A stretch of 63,072 nt of DNA, filler included, from Octopus bimaculoides (GCF_001194135.2; 6 parts of 5 records of this genome joined end to end with filler, not necessarily neighbours in it), one strand, 5' to 3'. Positions 1 through 11,954 are shown, counted from the first letter of the whole stretch. Numbers and translations: made by a program. The notes: a model not told the origin generated them from the letters alone.

Positions 1-98
1 AAAAATCTAATTACTGCACTGGAAAGTTCACATCGAAAAAATTCCATTGATGTAAAAATTTTTACGAAAAAGTGGAAAATGTGGATTTCTATAGATGC

Positions 99-146
<48 letters not shown>

Positions 147-734
147 AACTCAGCTATACTATAGTTATAGATAGATGATAGGACTTTTTATACAAAGTTA
201 TGTGTTCTGGTTGTATTTGGACCTGTGCATGCATTGTGTGTTTAGCTGCTGATGTTGGATTCTCATCAGCAGCTTCCAGCTCCTTTCAAACTTTGACAAC
301 AAAGGATTGGGCAACTTTCAAGAAGTGAACTATCTCTGTCACTGTGCTGTATACATGTATTTGGGATGAAACTAGAGGCAGTGAATACTCAACATTTTGA
401 AGGTTTATCAAATGTTTTTTTAAGTTTCAAATCAATGCATAGAACAGAAGTAACATTTGTTCGTTCATTTAAAATTTATAATTGTTTTCCTAGTTATATT
501 AAGTTTGTTTCCATCAATAAGTATGCACATTTATGATGTGAAAAAGAAATTTCCACTATGGTTTTTTTGATGAGTTCATATTATTGTAAGGTTTGTCATC
601 TACACTAGAAATAAGCTTAAAGCTGAATTAAAGTGGATTTAAGAGACAAGACAAAATTTTGTCAAACTACTTTCAAATTGTTTCACTGCTAAACCTTTCT
701 CTAAAAGCATCTCTAATAGCCTCTCCTGCATATA

Positions 735-2010
735 TTAGGTCATCGACTATAAAATTTGTAGTAAGGTATATAGTAAACTTTGACAGCTGCTCATTTTGTG
801 CCATTATTATATTTTGACAATCTTTATATTTTTGTTAGAAAGTTGACACATATATCTATTTCTTTGTTCTAACTTATTTTGTGCTTTATAAAGTATTTAT
901 AAATCATTTTTTGCTATTTTTGTTTAGAGATGGAAAGTCAGAAATTCATTCAGTTACGAGTTCTTTCTTGGAAATATAGCACCACAGACAGCTCAGAATA
1001 TTAATGCTTGGAATATTAATTTTGGAATATTAATTTCATTCTAATGTTTATTACACAGCATACAGTATCAAATTGGTTTGCAAAATTTCATTCTGGTAAC
1101 TTTGGCCTTACAAATGAGCTTGACCAGAAATAAAGGTGGATAATGACGAACTGAAAGCCATCTGAAAGTGCCCGTGAATTATCATTGTTGTTTGGTGTTA
1201 GCAAGCAAACAATATTGACTCACCTAGTTCAAATTGGTAAAGTGGAGAAGTTGGATAAGTGGGTTCCACATGAACTAAATGAAAATCAGAAACAGCAACG
1301 TTTGGAAGCCTGCACCATGCAACTTTCTCATCACAAAAATGAATCATTTTTGAATCAAATTGTAACGTGATGAGAATTGGATCCAATACAACAACCGTAA
1401 ACATTCAGCACAATGGTTGGACAAAGACGAGCCACCAAAACACAGTCCAAAAAGCAAAATTCATCAGAGGAAACTGATGGTGTGTGTTTGGTGTTTGGTG
1501 GTCTGGCACAGGTGTGATCCATTATGATTTCATTAAACCTGGCTCATCAATCACGGCTGAAGTATACTGCAGTCAACTGGACCAAACGATGTAGAAACTT
1601 ACAAAAAAAAACCAGCCTAGATTAGTCAACAAATCCACTCCTACTTTATTGCAAGACAACGCCAGACCACACATTGCAAAAATGACATTGGCAAGGGAGT
1701 TGGAAGTTCTCCGTCATCCACCATACTCATTGATCTTGCCCCCACTGGCTACCACTTCTTCCAGAATTTGGATAACTTTTTGGTAGGAAAAAAATTTAAT
1801 TCCAGTGATGCTGTAAAACAGATCTTCTAAGATTTTATTGATGCTAGATTGCCAGGCTTTTACAGTTCCAGGTTGGACAAGCTACTGCTGAAATAGCAAA
1901 AGTGTATTGACAATATTGGTGCATACTTTGATGAATAAAACTATTCCTTGTATTTATAGAACATTAGTGAACTTTTTTCTTTTCTACAAATTTCATACTT
2001 GACAACCTAA
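735..2010 (+). mobile_element. Full-length decayed mariner (DD34D) DNA transposon
   Basis: TA-flanked imperfect TIRs: TTAGGTCATCGACTATAAAATTTGTAG at the left, reverse complement of CTACAAATTTCATACTTGACAACCTAA at the right; 1276 bp. Frameshifted transposase with WVPHEL (ORF 1185-1370), QDNARPH and HPPYS..DLAP motifs. Confidence 0.92.
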
Positions 2011-2160
2011 TAATATGGGGAATTTACAATATTTTGATATTTGTCTCAGAAAACTGATAATGTGTTGTTTCAATGAATATAGTGACTTTTAAGTGCAATG
2101 AATTTTTTTTTTACTCTTGAACTATAATTTTTTAAATTTCAGTCTACTCTGTTTTTGTAC

Positions 2161-2258
2161 CTCACAGACTTAACACATCTGTTGTATCTCACAGACTTAA
2201 CACATCTGCTGTATCTCACAGACTTAACACATCTGCTGTATCTCACTGACTTAACACA
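2161..2258. repeat. 27-bp minisatellite, about 3.6 copies
   Basis: Unit CTCACAGACTTAACACATCTGCTGTAT starts at 2161, 2188, 2215 and 2242. Confidence 0.95.
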
Positions 2259-2654
2259 AATAAGACCATTTCATTCTCGTCTAAATAGCTTTTAAACTGA
2301 ATAACATATTATGGAAGGCTTCTGTTGAATTATCATTTAACGTAGGATGGTTGAGGCACATTGATATACTAATTTCTAAAGTGTTTGAATTGTAATTTGT
2401 AATTTCAAGGAGTAAATATCCAACCATAGATGAACTTTAAAATTCAAAATTTTTGACTATCAGAATTCACCTTTTAAGTTATGAACATGCATATGCATAG
2501 GACTCTCATAATTTCATATTTTAATTTTAGTTGATATTCCATTTCAGTATAATGGGATATCAGTCAACACAACTATACAGGTGAATACTGTATTCATTTA
2601 ACCATTGCAGCACCTAACCTTGTTTGGATAAGAACACTGAAAAATTATATTGGT

Positions 2655-3405
2655 AAAGTATGGTTATGTGTTGCATATGGATAAGGACAGCTGTGTGAAA
2701 AAGTATCACACCCTAACAGAGGAGGGAACCTGTGGAAGAGGTAGACCCAGGAAGACCTGGGATGAGGTGGTGAAGCACAACCTACAAATGTTGGCCCTCA
2801 CAGAGGCAATGACAAGCAACTGAGACCTTTGGAATATGCTGTGCTTCAGAAGACCCGGCAAGCCAAGTGAGACCGTAACTTTGGCCTATGCAAGTGTTGC
2901 ATAACTGGCTCATTTAAGAGTACACTTCAATCATTGGGCAATAAACTGTGCTTGAGAAAACCTATTGAGTCAAGTGAAATCATTGTCGTGGCCAACACAA
3001 GTACCGCCTGACTGGCACCCATGCCAGTGGCACGTAAAAAGCAACATTCAAGCATGGTCGATGCCAGTCCCAGTGGACTGGCTCCTATGCTGGTGGCACA
3101 TAAAAAAGCACTAGTCAAGCATGCCGTTGCCAGTGCCGCCTGATTGGCTCTCGTGCAGTGACATGTAAAAATCACAATTCAAGCACAGTCGATGCTAGTA
3201 CTGCCTGACTGGCCTTCATGCTGGTAGCATGTAAAAAGCATCCACTGCACTCTCGGAGTGGTTGGCGTTAGTAAGGGCATCCAGCTGTAGAAACCTTGCC
3301 AGATCAGATTGGAGCCTAGGGCAGCCTTCTGGCTTGCCAGTCCTCAGTCAAACTGTCCAACCCATGCCAGCATGGAAAACGGACATTAAACCATGATGAT
3401 GATGA
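2655..3405 (+). mobile_element. RTE-clade LINE 3-prime end with tandem-hairpin 3-prime UTR and (ATG)n tail
   Basis: Decayed YG.VL.MDKDSCVKK...GRGRPRKTWDEVVKH coding end, roughly 65-bp repeated units, tail CCATGATGATGATGA. Confidence 0.85.
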
Positions 3406-3691
3406 AGTATAGGTAGGACAGAGTGATAAACAAGAAGCAGTTCTTAATGCCTCACAATGTCAGTGGAAATAGTTATAATTTCATTAAAAGAAATCTGTCA
3501 ACTTTATTAATTATCTTGTTTGATTAATTTATCAAATTTATTCTCGTAAACTTGATTACCTTTCTTGGCATCTCAATTGTGAGTATAGATTAGCATATCT
3601 ATCTCATTACTGAAACATTTAAAATTTAACTTAACAGTGTCATTGTAATTGTTTGTCCTTTTTTCTTGATAGTTTATTAATTTTCTTATAG

Positions 3692-3809
3692 ATCACCAAC
3701 AATGGCTGGTGGGCTGTTTGCAGTTAATCGTCAGTTTTTCTTTGATATTGGAGCTTATGATCCTGGTATGGAAATCTGGGGTGGAGAAAATTTGGAACTG
3801 TCATTCAGA
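3692..3809 (+). CDS. GALNT: Internal coding exon of a polypeptide N-acetylgalactosaminyltransferase (GalNAc-T, GT27), Gal/GalNAc-T motif region
   Basis: Polypyrimidine tract and AG at 3690-3691, GTAAGT donor at 3810. After one phase base it reads [39 protein letters not shown], containing the GalNAc-T signatures PTMAGGLF and WGGENLE. Paralog subfamily not assignable by eye. Too short to appear in the ORF track. Confidence 0.97.
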
Positions 3810-4345
3810 GTAAGTAATATCTTTTCAATTTGAAAGTGTCCATTTTCTTTGTAAAGCAGTCCTTGAATGGAGAAATTTATGCAATTAATATTCAGCTTAA
3901 ACTTCTGTAAATAAAACATGGGAAGGAAAGGAGTTCAGTGAAATACAATTCAATGAAAAGTTTAGTATGTGGTATGGGGGATGAAAAACACAAGGCATAA
4001 TAAGACAGGGAGAAACAGGTGACTTGGCTAATCATGGGTGAGAATAATATAAAGATTGTGAGTTAAGAGAGTTAAAGTATGCTTGGGGCTATTGTGTGTT
4101 AATGAGTGAAAATGTCTTTTTGCTAGATAACTTCCTTTAGTGATGGTTGTAATAGAAATTTGCTTGTATGTTAGACAATTGCATTTTTCAAGATACTTTT
4201 ATTTTGAAAAAAAAAAAAATGAAACCTTTTTAATCATGATTTGTGAATAATAACATCATTAATTACTGATATTGAATAGGCAGTTGTGACTTCCTAGCAT
4301 TTATAGCAGTGAGTGACAAGTATAATTCAGTACAGAATAAATATA

Positions 4346-5585
4346 TTGGATTGTCCAGAGAGTTCGTACTGATTTTTAAAGGAAAGAATAAAGTCAATAA
4401 ATACTTGCCATTACATTTTTAATCAACCAAATATGAACCATTTTGTTGCACAATGTGTCTCCATCTTTCCTTTAACTTGAAAATACCCTCTTCCCAGAAT
4501 TGAGGTGGTTTCATGGCAAAGAATTCATCAAGGTATCTTTTTACGTCATCCAAGGAATTGAAATTTTAACCATTAAAACTATTCTGCAGAGATCTGAATA
4601 AGTGGAAATCCAAAGGAGCAATATCTGGTGAATATGGAGGGTGAGGTAATACATCCCAGCCGAGCTGCAGCAATTTTTGTCTGGTTCCCAAAGAAATGTG
4701 CGGTTTTGTATTATCATGTTGGAAAACAACACCCTTCCTGTTGGCCAATTCGGGACATTTCTCTTGAATTGATGCTTTTAACTTGTCCAGTTCTGTGCAG
4801 TATTTCTCAGAATTAATTGTCTGGTTACTTGGGAGAAGCTCATAGTATAGAATTCCTTTCCAATCCCACCAGACACAAAACAAGACCTTTTTAGGGTGAA
4901 GACCCGCTTTTGGGGTGGCTAAGGGTGGCTCATATCGCTTACTCCAGGATTGCTTTCTCTGAATATTTTGGTAAATAATCCATTTCTCATCACCTGTCAC
5001 AATTTGCTTTAAAAAAGGCGCGTTTTCATTCCGTTTATAAAGTGAAACACAAGTGGAAATGCGTTCCAAAAGGTTCTTCTTACTCAACGCATGTGGTACC
5101 CAAACATCATAGCGATTTGTGTACCCAAGCTTTACCAGGTGCTCATGAACAACGGATTTTNNNNNNNNNNNNNNNNNNNNNNNNNNNNNNNNNNNNNNNN
5201 NNNNNNNNNNNNNNNNNNNNNNNNNNNNNNNNNNNNNNNNNNNNNNNNNNNNNNNNNNNNNNNNNNNNNNNNNNNNNNNNNNNNNNNNNNNNNNNNNNNN
5301 NNNNNNNNNNNNNNNNNNNNNNNNNNNNNNNNNNNNNNNNNNNNNNNNNNNNNNNNNNNNNNNNNNNNNNNNNATGCTGAAAATGCACTTTCTTATCTTC
5401 CATTTTAAAGGATTACAGATTTAACACAGGTTATAGGAACATAAACCTTCTTCCATGAAAAGATAGCTTAAACTGTGCTCTAAATGGAGGTGTAGTCAAA
5501 TCCTATCTTATGGACTCAACCATGTTCTAAAATAAGTTGAAAGGTAAGCTACTATAAATCAGCACGAACTTTCCGGACAACCCAA
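4346..5585 (-). mobile_element. Full-length mariner (DD34D) transposon, near-intact transposase, spans a 213-N gap
   Basis: TA-flanked 33-bp TIRs (TTGGATTGTCCAGAGAGTTCGTACTG vs TTGGGTTGTCCGGAAAGTTCGTGCTG). ATG at 5403 (MEDKKVHFQH), WVPHAL, VTGDEKW, HDNTKPH, then 34 residues to the D of YSPDIAPLD. One visible nonsense codon at 4566-4568, after which the C-terminus continues (NFNSLDDVKRYLDEFF...NGSYLVD). Confidence 0.95.
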
Positions 5586-7209
5586 TAAAAACAAAAAAAG
5601 AACTATGTTTAAAGTGTACTGGGTGTTTTTGTTTTTTTACTTCATTGATGTATACCAATCAGAAATATGTATGTATGTATATATACACACATGGGAGCAA
5701 TATTCTAATGTAGGGCCTTGTATAATGACAGCAGTTGCCCTGATGTGAGGTATTTTTTAGCTTTGAAGTGATTGATTTTCCTTTGGGATATGGATAATGC
5801 CAGTATTCAAGATATCAAATAGTTTCTAGTTTGATATTTGAGTTAAATGAATATAAAACTAATTAATCTATTACAAATAAAAGAAAATGCTATTTAGAAA
5901 GTACTTTAGTTGTCACATTAGAACACTAATTTTTGTCACTAATATTTAGGTGTCAATACATTTTTAATTCTCTTTAATTTGGCATTTATATGAATTAAAT
6001 TTTAATCACTTACTGATTAAATTCATTTCTCTTATAGTATCTGAGCTGCAGTTATCCCTTTTTACTTGTAGATTTTTTGGCTGAACATTATCTTTTTAGT
6101 TTGCACTGTATCATGGGATAACTGTTTTGAATGAAATTAAAAGCATTTTGTATGGAACACCATAGAAACACCAATTCTACCAAAGCTAACACTAATTTAG
6201 ACAAAACATTCTATACTTTCTGAAAGTTATTCTCTTTAGATTTAATTTGTTTTCAGTGACCAAATAAACTGTGATTGAGCAGCAAATATGTTTTTACATT
6301 TTCTAAACCTTAGTGTGTTTGTCATTAATGGAAGCAAATGTTAGAGCCTATAAACACTATAAAACTAGTTGGTATGAAACCTATATTGCTTTTGTTGATA
6401 TCTTAATGTAATTACTACTCTATCATAAGCTCTCTGACAAATTTCAGAATTTTATCTTTCACATCATCATTTTTATACACTTACAAAGTATGTCTATCAT
6501 AAAAAATTTTTTTTTTTAGTCCTGGTGATACATATTTAGAATTTGTTAGGTTTTCTTTGTTCTACCTTTCAATGTACTGTAGGTTTTAAAGTGAGATGTC
6601 TCCTTTTCTATTCTGACATTGAACATAGCTACTTTTGACTGATTCAGTCAAATCATTTTAATAGAGGCAAAATGTAACTACTTTACAATGTATAATTTTA
6701 TCAATTCAACTTCGATTTTACTCCTCTTTAGTGATAAGTAAACAAAAAATGAGCAGTAGATAAGTGTTTATATTTTCAAACACAATATTTTAAACAGCTT
6801 TCATGAAAGCCTGTGAAAATTTAGTTCTAAGTGGGAATCAAATGCACCTCTACTTTTAACATTTTGGCATAATTACTGTAATACTATAAGCCCTTTGGCA
6901 ATATCAGTCGTCATATGCAGACTTTTAAACATCTGGCCAGCAAACATGTAACCATTTTGAATCTTGGGCATGCATATTTACAAATACCAGATATTTGCTT
7001 TGATTGTGCTATAGCATACATATATTACATGGAAAAATGCGAGCATGAAAAGTAATATTTTTAAGATTATAAACCTGGAAAAGTACATGACACGTTATTA
7101 CACCTGGAAAAGTATAGGACAAGCTATTACTTCTAGTAAAGTAAAGAATAAGAACTTTTTTACTTAGAATATTGCAGCAAAGAATAAAGATTGAAAATAT
7201 TATAAACTA

Positions 7210-7530
7210 GGTGTAAGAGTGGCTATGTGGTAAGTAGCTTGCTTACGAACCACAAAATTCCGAGTTCAGTCCCACTGCGTGGCACCTTGGTCAAGTGTCT
7301 TCTACTATAGCCTCGGGCCGACCAAAACCTTGTGAGTGGATTTGGTAGATGGAAACTGAAAGAAGCCTGGTGCTGATGTGTTTACACCCCGTAACTTAGC
7401 GGTTCGGCAAAAGAATCTGATAGAATAAGTACTAGGCTTACAAAGAATAAGTCCTGGGGTCAATTTGCTCAACTAAAGGCAGTGCTCCAGCATGGCCACA
7501 GTCAAATGACTGAAACGAGAAAAAGAGTAA
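7210..7530 (+). mobile_element. tRNA-derived SINE, family 1 (CORE-like); other copies at about 28350-28410, 32198-32327, 33319-33471(-), 36930-37084, 40757-40955, 61198-61368(-)
   Basis: A-box-like TGGCTATGTGGT, B-box-like GAGTTCAGTCCC, then CCTTGGTCAAGTGTCTTCT resembling the CORE-domain CCTTGGGCAAG; at least six similar copies visible in the window. Confidence 0.85.
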
Positions 7531-7825
7531 AAATTATACAAATTATAATTAATTGTAAGCAAAAAATACAAATTTTAAAAAATAATCATTGTACATCATA
7601 AAATAATTATAAAATAATTAAGTACTTCATAAAATGATTAAGGCTAAATTTTTTTTCATTTTATAATATACTATTAAAATATAGTAAATAATTAATCATT
7701 AAATAGATAGAATTTTATCCAAGCTATTACTTCTATGTTTTCAAGCTATTACTAAAGAATTTGATTACTAGTTATAAGTACAATTCCAATTTACATATAT
7801 TAAAATTTAACTATATTATGTAATA

Positions 7826-8148
7826 TACTGTTGTGTCTGGGGAGAAGCATTCTCTTTTAGTGCCTTATAATTTAACACACTCACCAGTAAAATTTCCACA
7901 TATTTCCTTCATTTTTCTAAAATTTTCGTTGCATCTTGCAATCTTTTCAATAGTTTTCACTATTGAAAAGGTTGCAAGACACAATGAAAATTTTAGAAAA
8001 ATAAAGAAGGAAATAAGTGGAAATTTTACTGGAGCGTGTGTTAAATTATAAGGCACTAAAAGAGAATGACTCTCCCCAGACACAACAGCATATGCTTCAA
8101 CACACGAACTCACATAAAGAATCTTGCTAACCAAATCCAAAAACGAAA
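7826..8148. mobile_element. Palindromic insertion (arms of about 127 bp) with 14-bp TSD
   Basis: Arms 7828-7953 and 7960-8088 are reverse complements around a TTTTCA spacer, followed by a 60-bp unpaired tail. TATATTATGTAATA is repeated at 7812-7825 and 8149-8162. Confidence 0.85.
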
Positions 8149-8603
8149 TATATTATGTAATACTTTTAGATTTTATTTTCTAAATATTCTAAGGTATAAA
8201 CTTTTGTATCTTTTGTTATTACAATAGAGTGCAGTTAATTAATCATCAGCTAATTAGGCAGTTCCCCTAATTTTTCATTTTTTGAAATTACTTTTAGTAA
8301 TTACAATAAAATTCAGTTAATTAATCATCAGCTTATTAGCCAGTTCTTCTAATTTATCACTCTTTAACAGTTCTCATCTTTTAAATTTATTGTACAAAAC
8401 TGTTCAGCTAATTTGTAAGTTTGTCTAATTAGTCATTTTTTTTTCTGTATTTAAAGTAATAAATTAGCCAAATTCTACTTAAATAAGTAGAGTGTTATTT
8501 GTAAACTATAATAAAATAATTTTTAATATTCAAATTTTAATTTTAGCTGCAATATTTTAAGTAAAAAGTTTCTTATTCTTTACTTTACTAGAAGTAATAG
8601 CTT

Positions 8604-8886
8604 ATTTACATTATTTACATTTAACGGATATTTGTCCTCATCTTGTTTGTTGTTAACACAATGTTTTGGTTGATATTCCTTCCAGCCTTCATCGGGTGTC
8701 TTGAGGAAATTTTGAACCTGGGTTCTCATTCCTAAGGTATTATTATTATTATAATAACATTAAAAAATACCTTAGGAATGAGANNNNNNNNNNACGTTGT
8801 GTTAACAACAAACAAGATGAGGACAAATATCCATCAAATGTAAATAATGTACATAATTCCTCATCTCTTAAATATCGAACTGTATT
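8604..8886. mobile_element. Palindromic insertion (inverted pair of a short repeat) with 12-bp TSD and a degenerate hammerhead-like motif
   Basis: AAGTAATAGCTT at 8592-8603 and 8887-8898. The left half (8607-8740) is the reverse complement of the right half (8766-8850). The minus strand at 8655-8700 reads GACAC-CCGAUGA-A-GGCUG..CAACC-AAAA-CAUU-GUGUU. Confidence 0.8.
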
Positions 8887-10940
8887 AAGTAATAGCTTGT
8901 CCTATACTTTTACAGGTGTAATAACTTGTCCTGTACTTTTCCATGTTTATAATCTTAAGAATATTACTTTTCATGCTCACATTTTCCCATGTAATCCATG
9001 ATTTTTTCAGGCATTGCTGTTATAAGATAATTAATAATGTGTCAATTAATAATTTAAGATTTTAACTTATAAAATACTGAAAGATAATATTTCAATTTTT
9101 CCATGTAAGTGATGATAGTATTTCAATTTTTTTCATGTTTAATTTAAATATATGTTGTGATTGAATTACTTGATATTATCTATCCACACCGAATTAATAG
9201 CAGGGATTTTTACCATCTTGTTAGTTGCACCATGGCTCACCAAAAGTTACAAACAACAAGACCCCAAAACCATCTGTTACCAGGCTCACTTTAAGTAACC
9301 TAGATTTTGAGTTGGTGACTGCTGCTAATCTAGATCTATCAATAATTATTCAATACAACAGTAATTATAAAAGCATATCCGATATATACAAGTTAAAATT
9401 AACTACATCCCATTAATATAAATTTGATTTATAAAAAATCCCTTTTAATTAATTTTGAAATTTAAAAAGTATAAGCACGTTTAACCAATGCCTTTTCTGG
9501 ACAGCCTTACTTCATAGAGACATAGAGACAACCAAAAATGACTATATTCCTGCCCCAATAAATTTAGATGTATATATCTGAAGCATATAATACATTAATG
9601 AACTAGCCTGATTAAGTAACTAAAAAGAAAAGGAAAGCAAGTAAAAAGGAAAAGCAGAAAGTAAGTTAATTAAAGATGAAAGAGAAAATTAATAATAAAA
9701 GTTAAACTTACCCTAATTCAACAGCATATTAAAAATAACTTTATTAAATATTTAATTAAAAAAATAAAATATACAAAAGGATGAAAAGCAAAGTCGACCT
9801 CGGTGGAATTTGAACTCAAAACATAACGACAGACAAAATACTGCTAAGCATTTCCCCTAGTGTGCTAACGTTTCTGCCAGCTGACCGCCTTGGAATGTAA
9901 ACATTCGTTTTAGAAATATATTCTTAAAATTAATTAAAATGAATGAAAAAAGTAATTCTAATATTAAAGAATAATTTCAAAATAAAAATAGCGTTTTAGA
10001 ATTTTTTTAAGAATGTACTATAGCAACAAGCCTAGCAAGAAGAGAGAGAGAATGAGAAGTGAAGAATTAAGAGTAATTATAACAAACAATGGATTAATAA
10101 AACTATTTCTTTGCTTGGAGCATAACTCTCTTACTTCCTTACTTATTTTACATTTCATGACATTTTACCTCAACATTTTGCTACTAATTTTTGTTGAATG
10201 TGACTAACGATTCTGAATTCCTCATGCATTTTTCTATCATTTATGTTAATTGAAAATGAACACCTGCCTTATTGCCCACTTCAGGGCTCACATAATTTGA
10301 TGTAACTTTTTTTTCTACTGAACCAAATCTCAAACTATATATTCCAAAGTGTAGCTGAGAAGGTGTCCTCTTTAAAACTGTTAACAGTTTGCAATTTAGT
10401 TGAGAACTGAATTAGTGGTGAAGCTTGGAAGCTGCTGCAATTGACGAAATGGTGGACTTAAGAATATATTCAACCACTACCATGGTTGAATGATAAAGGA
10501 TGGGAGCATAGGAAGAAAAACTAGAATTAAGGGGATATAGTTAATTGTGATATGGAGGAGGCAATAGAGGAAAGTAACATATCAATTGGTTAGCTATTGT
10601 AGTGTTGGGAAATAAATCCTTGCCTTTTGGGTTGCACTCTACAATAGGTAACTTTTATCTTCTGTCCCCTCACTATTTTCTATTTACCTTTTTGTACATT
10701 GAGAATAAACTCTGACACATCAACAATGTCATCTTTATCTCTCTTTCCAGCTCTACCATATCTATTCCCACCCTATATTAACATATGGTAGCCATGAATA
10801 TCTTCTCTAACTACAAACTTGTTTCTGTCCTTCCTGTCATATTTTAACTTCTCAACACCTTGCATAAAGTTAAAGCTAAAACAAAACAACTGACACGAAC
10901 AATACACACACAATATACACACAATTAACCTAATACTCAG

Positions 10941-11510
10941 GTGACTGGATTGATGCCATACCTGTGGCTGATGTTAGTGGCCTACTCAGCTTGGATGAAC
11001 TTTGTGTCTCCATTGCCCTCAGAGTGGGAGCTGACGTATGCACGGGTTTGATCTGTTGTTGTGACAGGCTCCTTGACTACAAAGGCCTCCATGGCCTTTC
11101 TTGCCATTTGAATGCTGGTTGCTTCACACGTCATACAGAGTTGAACCTGATACTCAAGAGGAGCTTGGCCCAGACAAACATCCCCTCCATCTTGGAACCA
11201 TCTGGATTGTCCAGATGTGATGGGAAGAGATCTGATAGCCTCACCCTGTGCCCCTGGTCACAAGGGTCACAGCTTCTGCAGCCGAGTGGAACAAAATCCT
11301 GAAATACTGCGATCTGTCTGCCAACTACATTTTTCCATCCTGTGGTGTTCGAGATGTTTGGTGGGGTCGGACCACTAACTGCAAGATTCTTGACTTCACT
11401 GGCAACTCACCTTGCAGAGGTAACTGATGAGGCTCATGAGGTTGCTTGGTTGTTCCAGCGCATCAGCGTCACAATCACCCAGTACTGCAAGCATGTTGGT
11501 GTGTCTCAAT
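10941..11510 (+). mobile_element. CRE-like non-LTR retrotransposon 3-prime fragment (zinc knuckle plus restriction-like endonuclease)
   Basis: HGLSC..RHTELNLILKRSL..EPSGLSRCDGKRSDSLTLCPWSQG, then AAAEWNKILKYCDL..FEMFGGVGP..EVAWLFQRISVTI. This fits the GKRPDG/QRIS pattern of CRE-clade elements, with an internal deletion. Confidence 0.75.
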
Positions 11511-11954
11511 AGCCATTACAGGGGTTTCCCAGTGCCACCAAGTTTTCAACCCAAAGTGGTGAATTGTTTTGGTTTTTTTTCTTCTTTCTCTTTTTCTTTT
11601 TCTCTTTTTTTTTTTCTTTTTTCAATTGTGTTCTCTGTTTTGTCCAGTTTTCTAGTTTGATTCTGTAAAACGGTAAACACTGTGAAGGCAATAAATTTTT
11701 TTTTTCAAAAAAAAGATTCAAAATAAATATACACACATACACATTTACATGTAAAACACTCATAACACATAAATCTAATATTTTCTAATTAGTGGGCTTC
11801 TAAATTTGGGGTGAAATTATTTTATCAGTTTTCCATAAGTAAAAATTAACACTATAAGCTTACTTTGATTGGAACCATTTTCATTTAACCAGTAAATTTT
11901 AAAATAATTATATTAATTAAAACCTGAAATATAATTCCCTTGCTTATTTTTTAG

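Larger units (their letters stand above)
7024..8995. mobile_element. Foldback-like element with long terminal inverted repeats, carrying nested insertions
   Basis: 7024-7177 is the reverse complement of 8546-8603 plus 8899-8995 once the 8604-8898 insertion is removed. The arms contain internal CCTGGAAAAGTA subrepeats. Confidence 0.75.

Noticed and set aside
2990-3250. CRISPR-like appearance of the 65-bp, 27-bp (2161) and 74-bp (35512) periodic arrays
   Set aside because: Whole units repeat with no unique spacers, there are no cas genes, and the context is eukaryotic.
4566-5087. SETMAR-like domesticated transposase gene
   Set aside because: It is bounded by TIRs and TA duplications, has a nonsense codon, and shows no SET exon or splice context; it is an ordinary mariner copy.
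7210-7300. tRNA genes at A-box/B-box motifs
   Set aside because: No complete cloverleaf; the motifs continue into shared SINE bodies in many diverged copies.
11424-11430. Other CTGANGA sites (11424, 12497, 33659, 54684, 57332) as hammerheads
   Set aside because: No stem II closed by GAAA followed by NUH and stem I; 11424 is coding sequence of the CRE relic.
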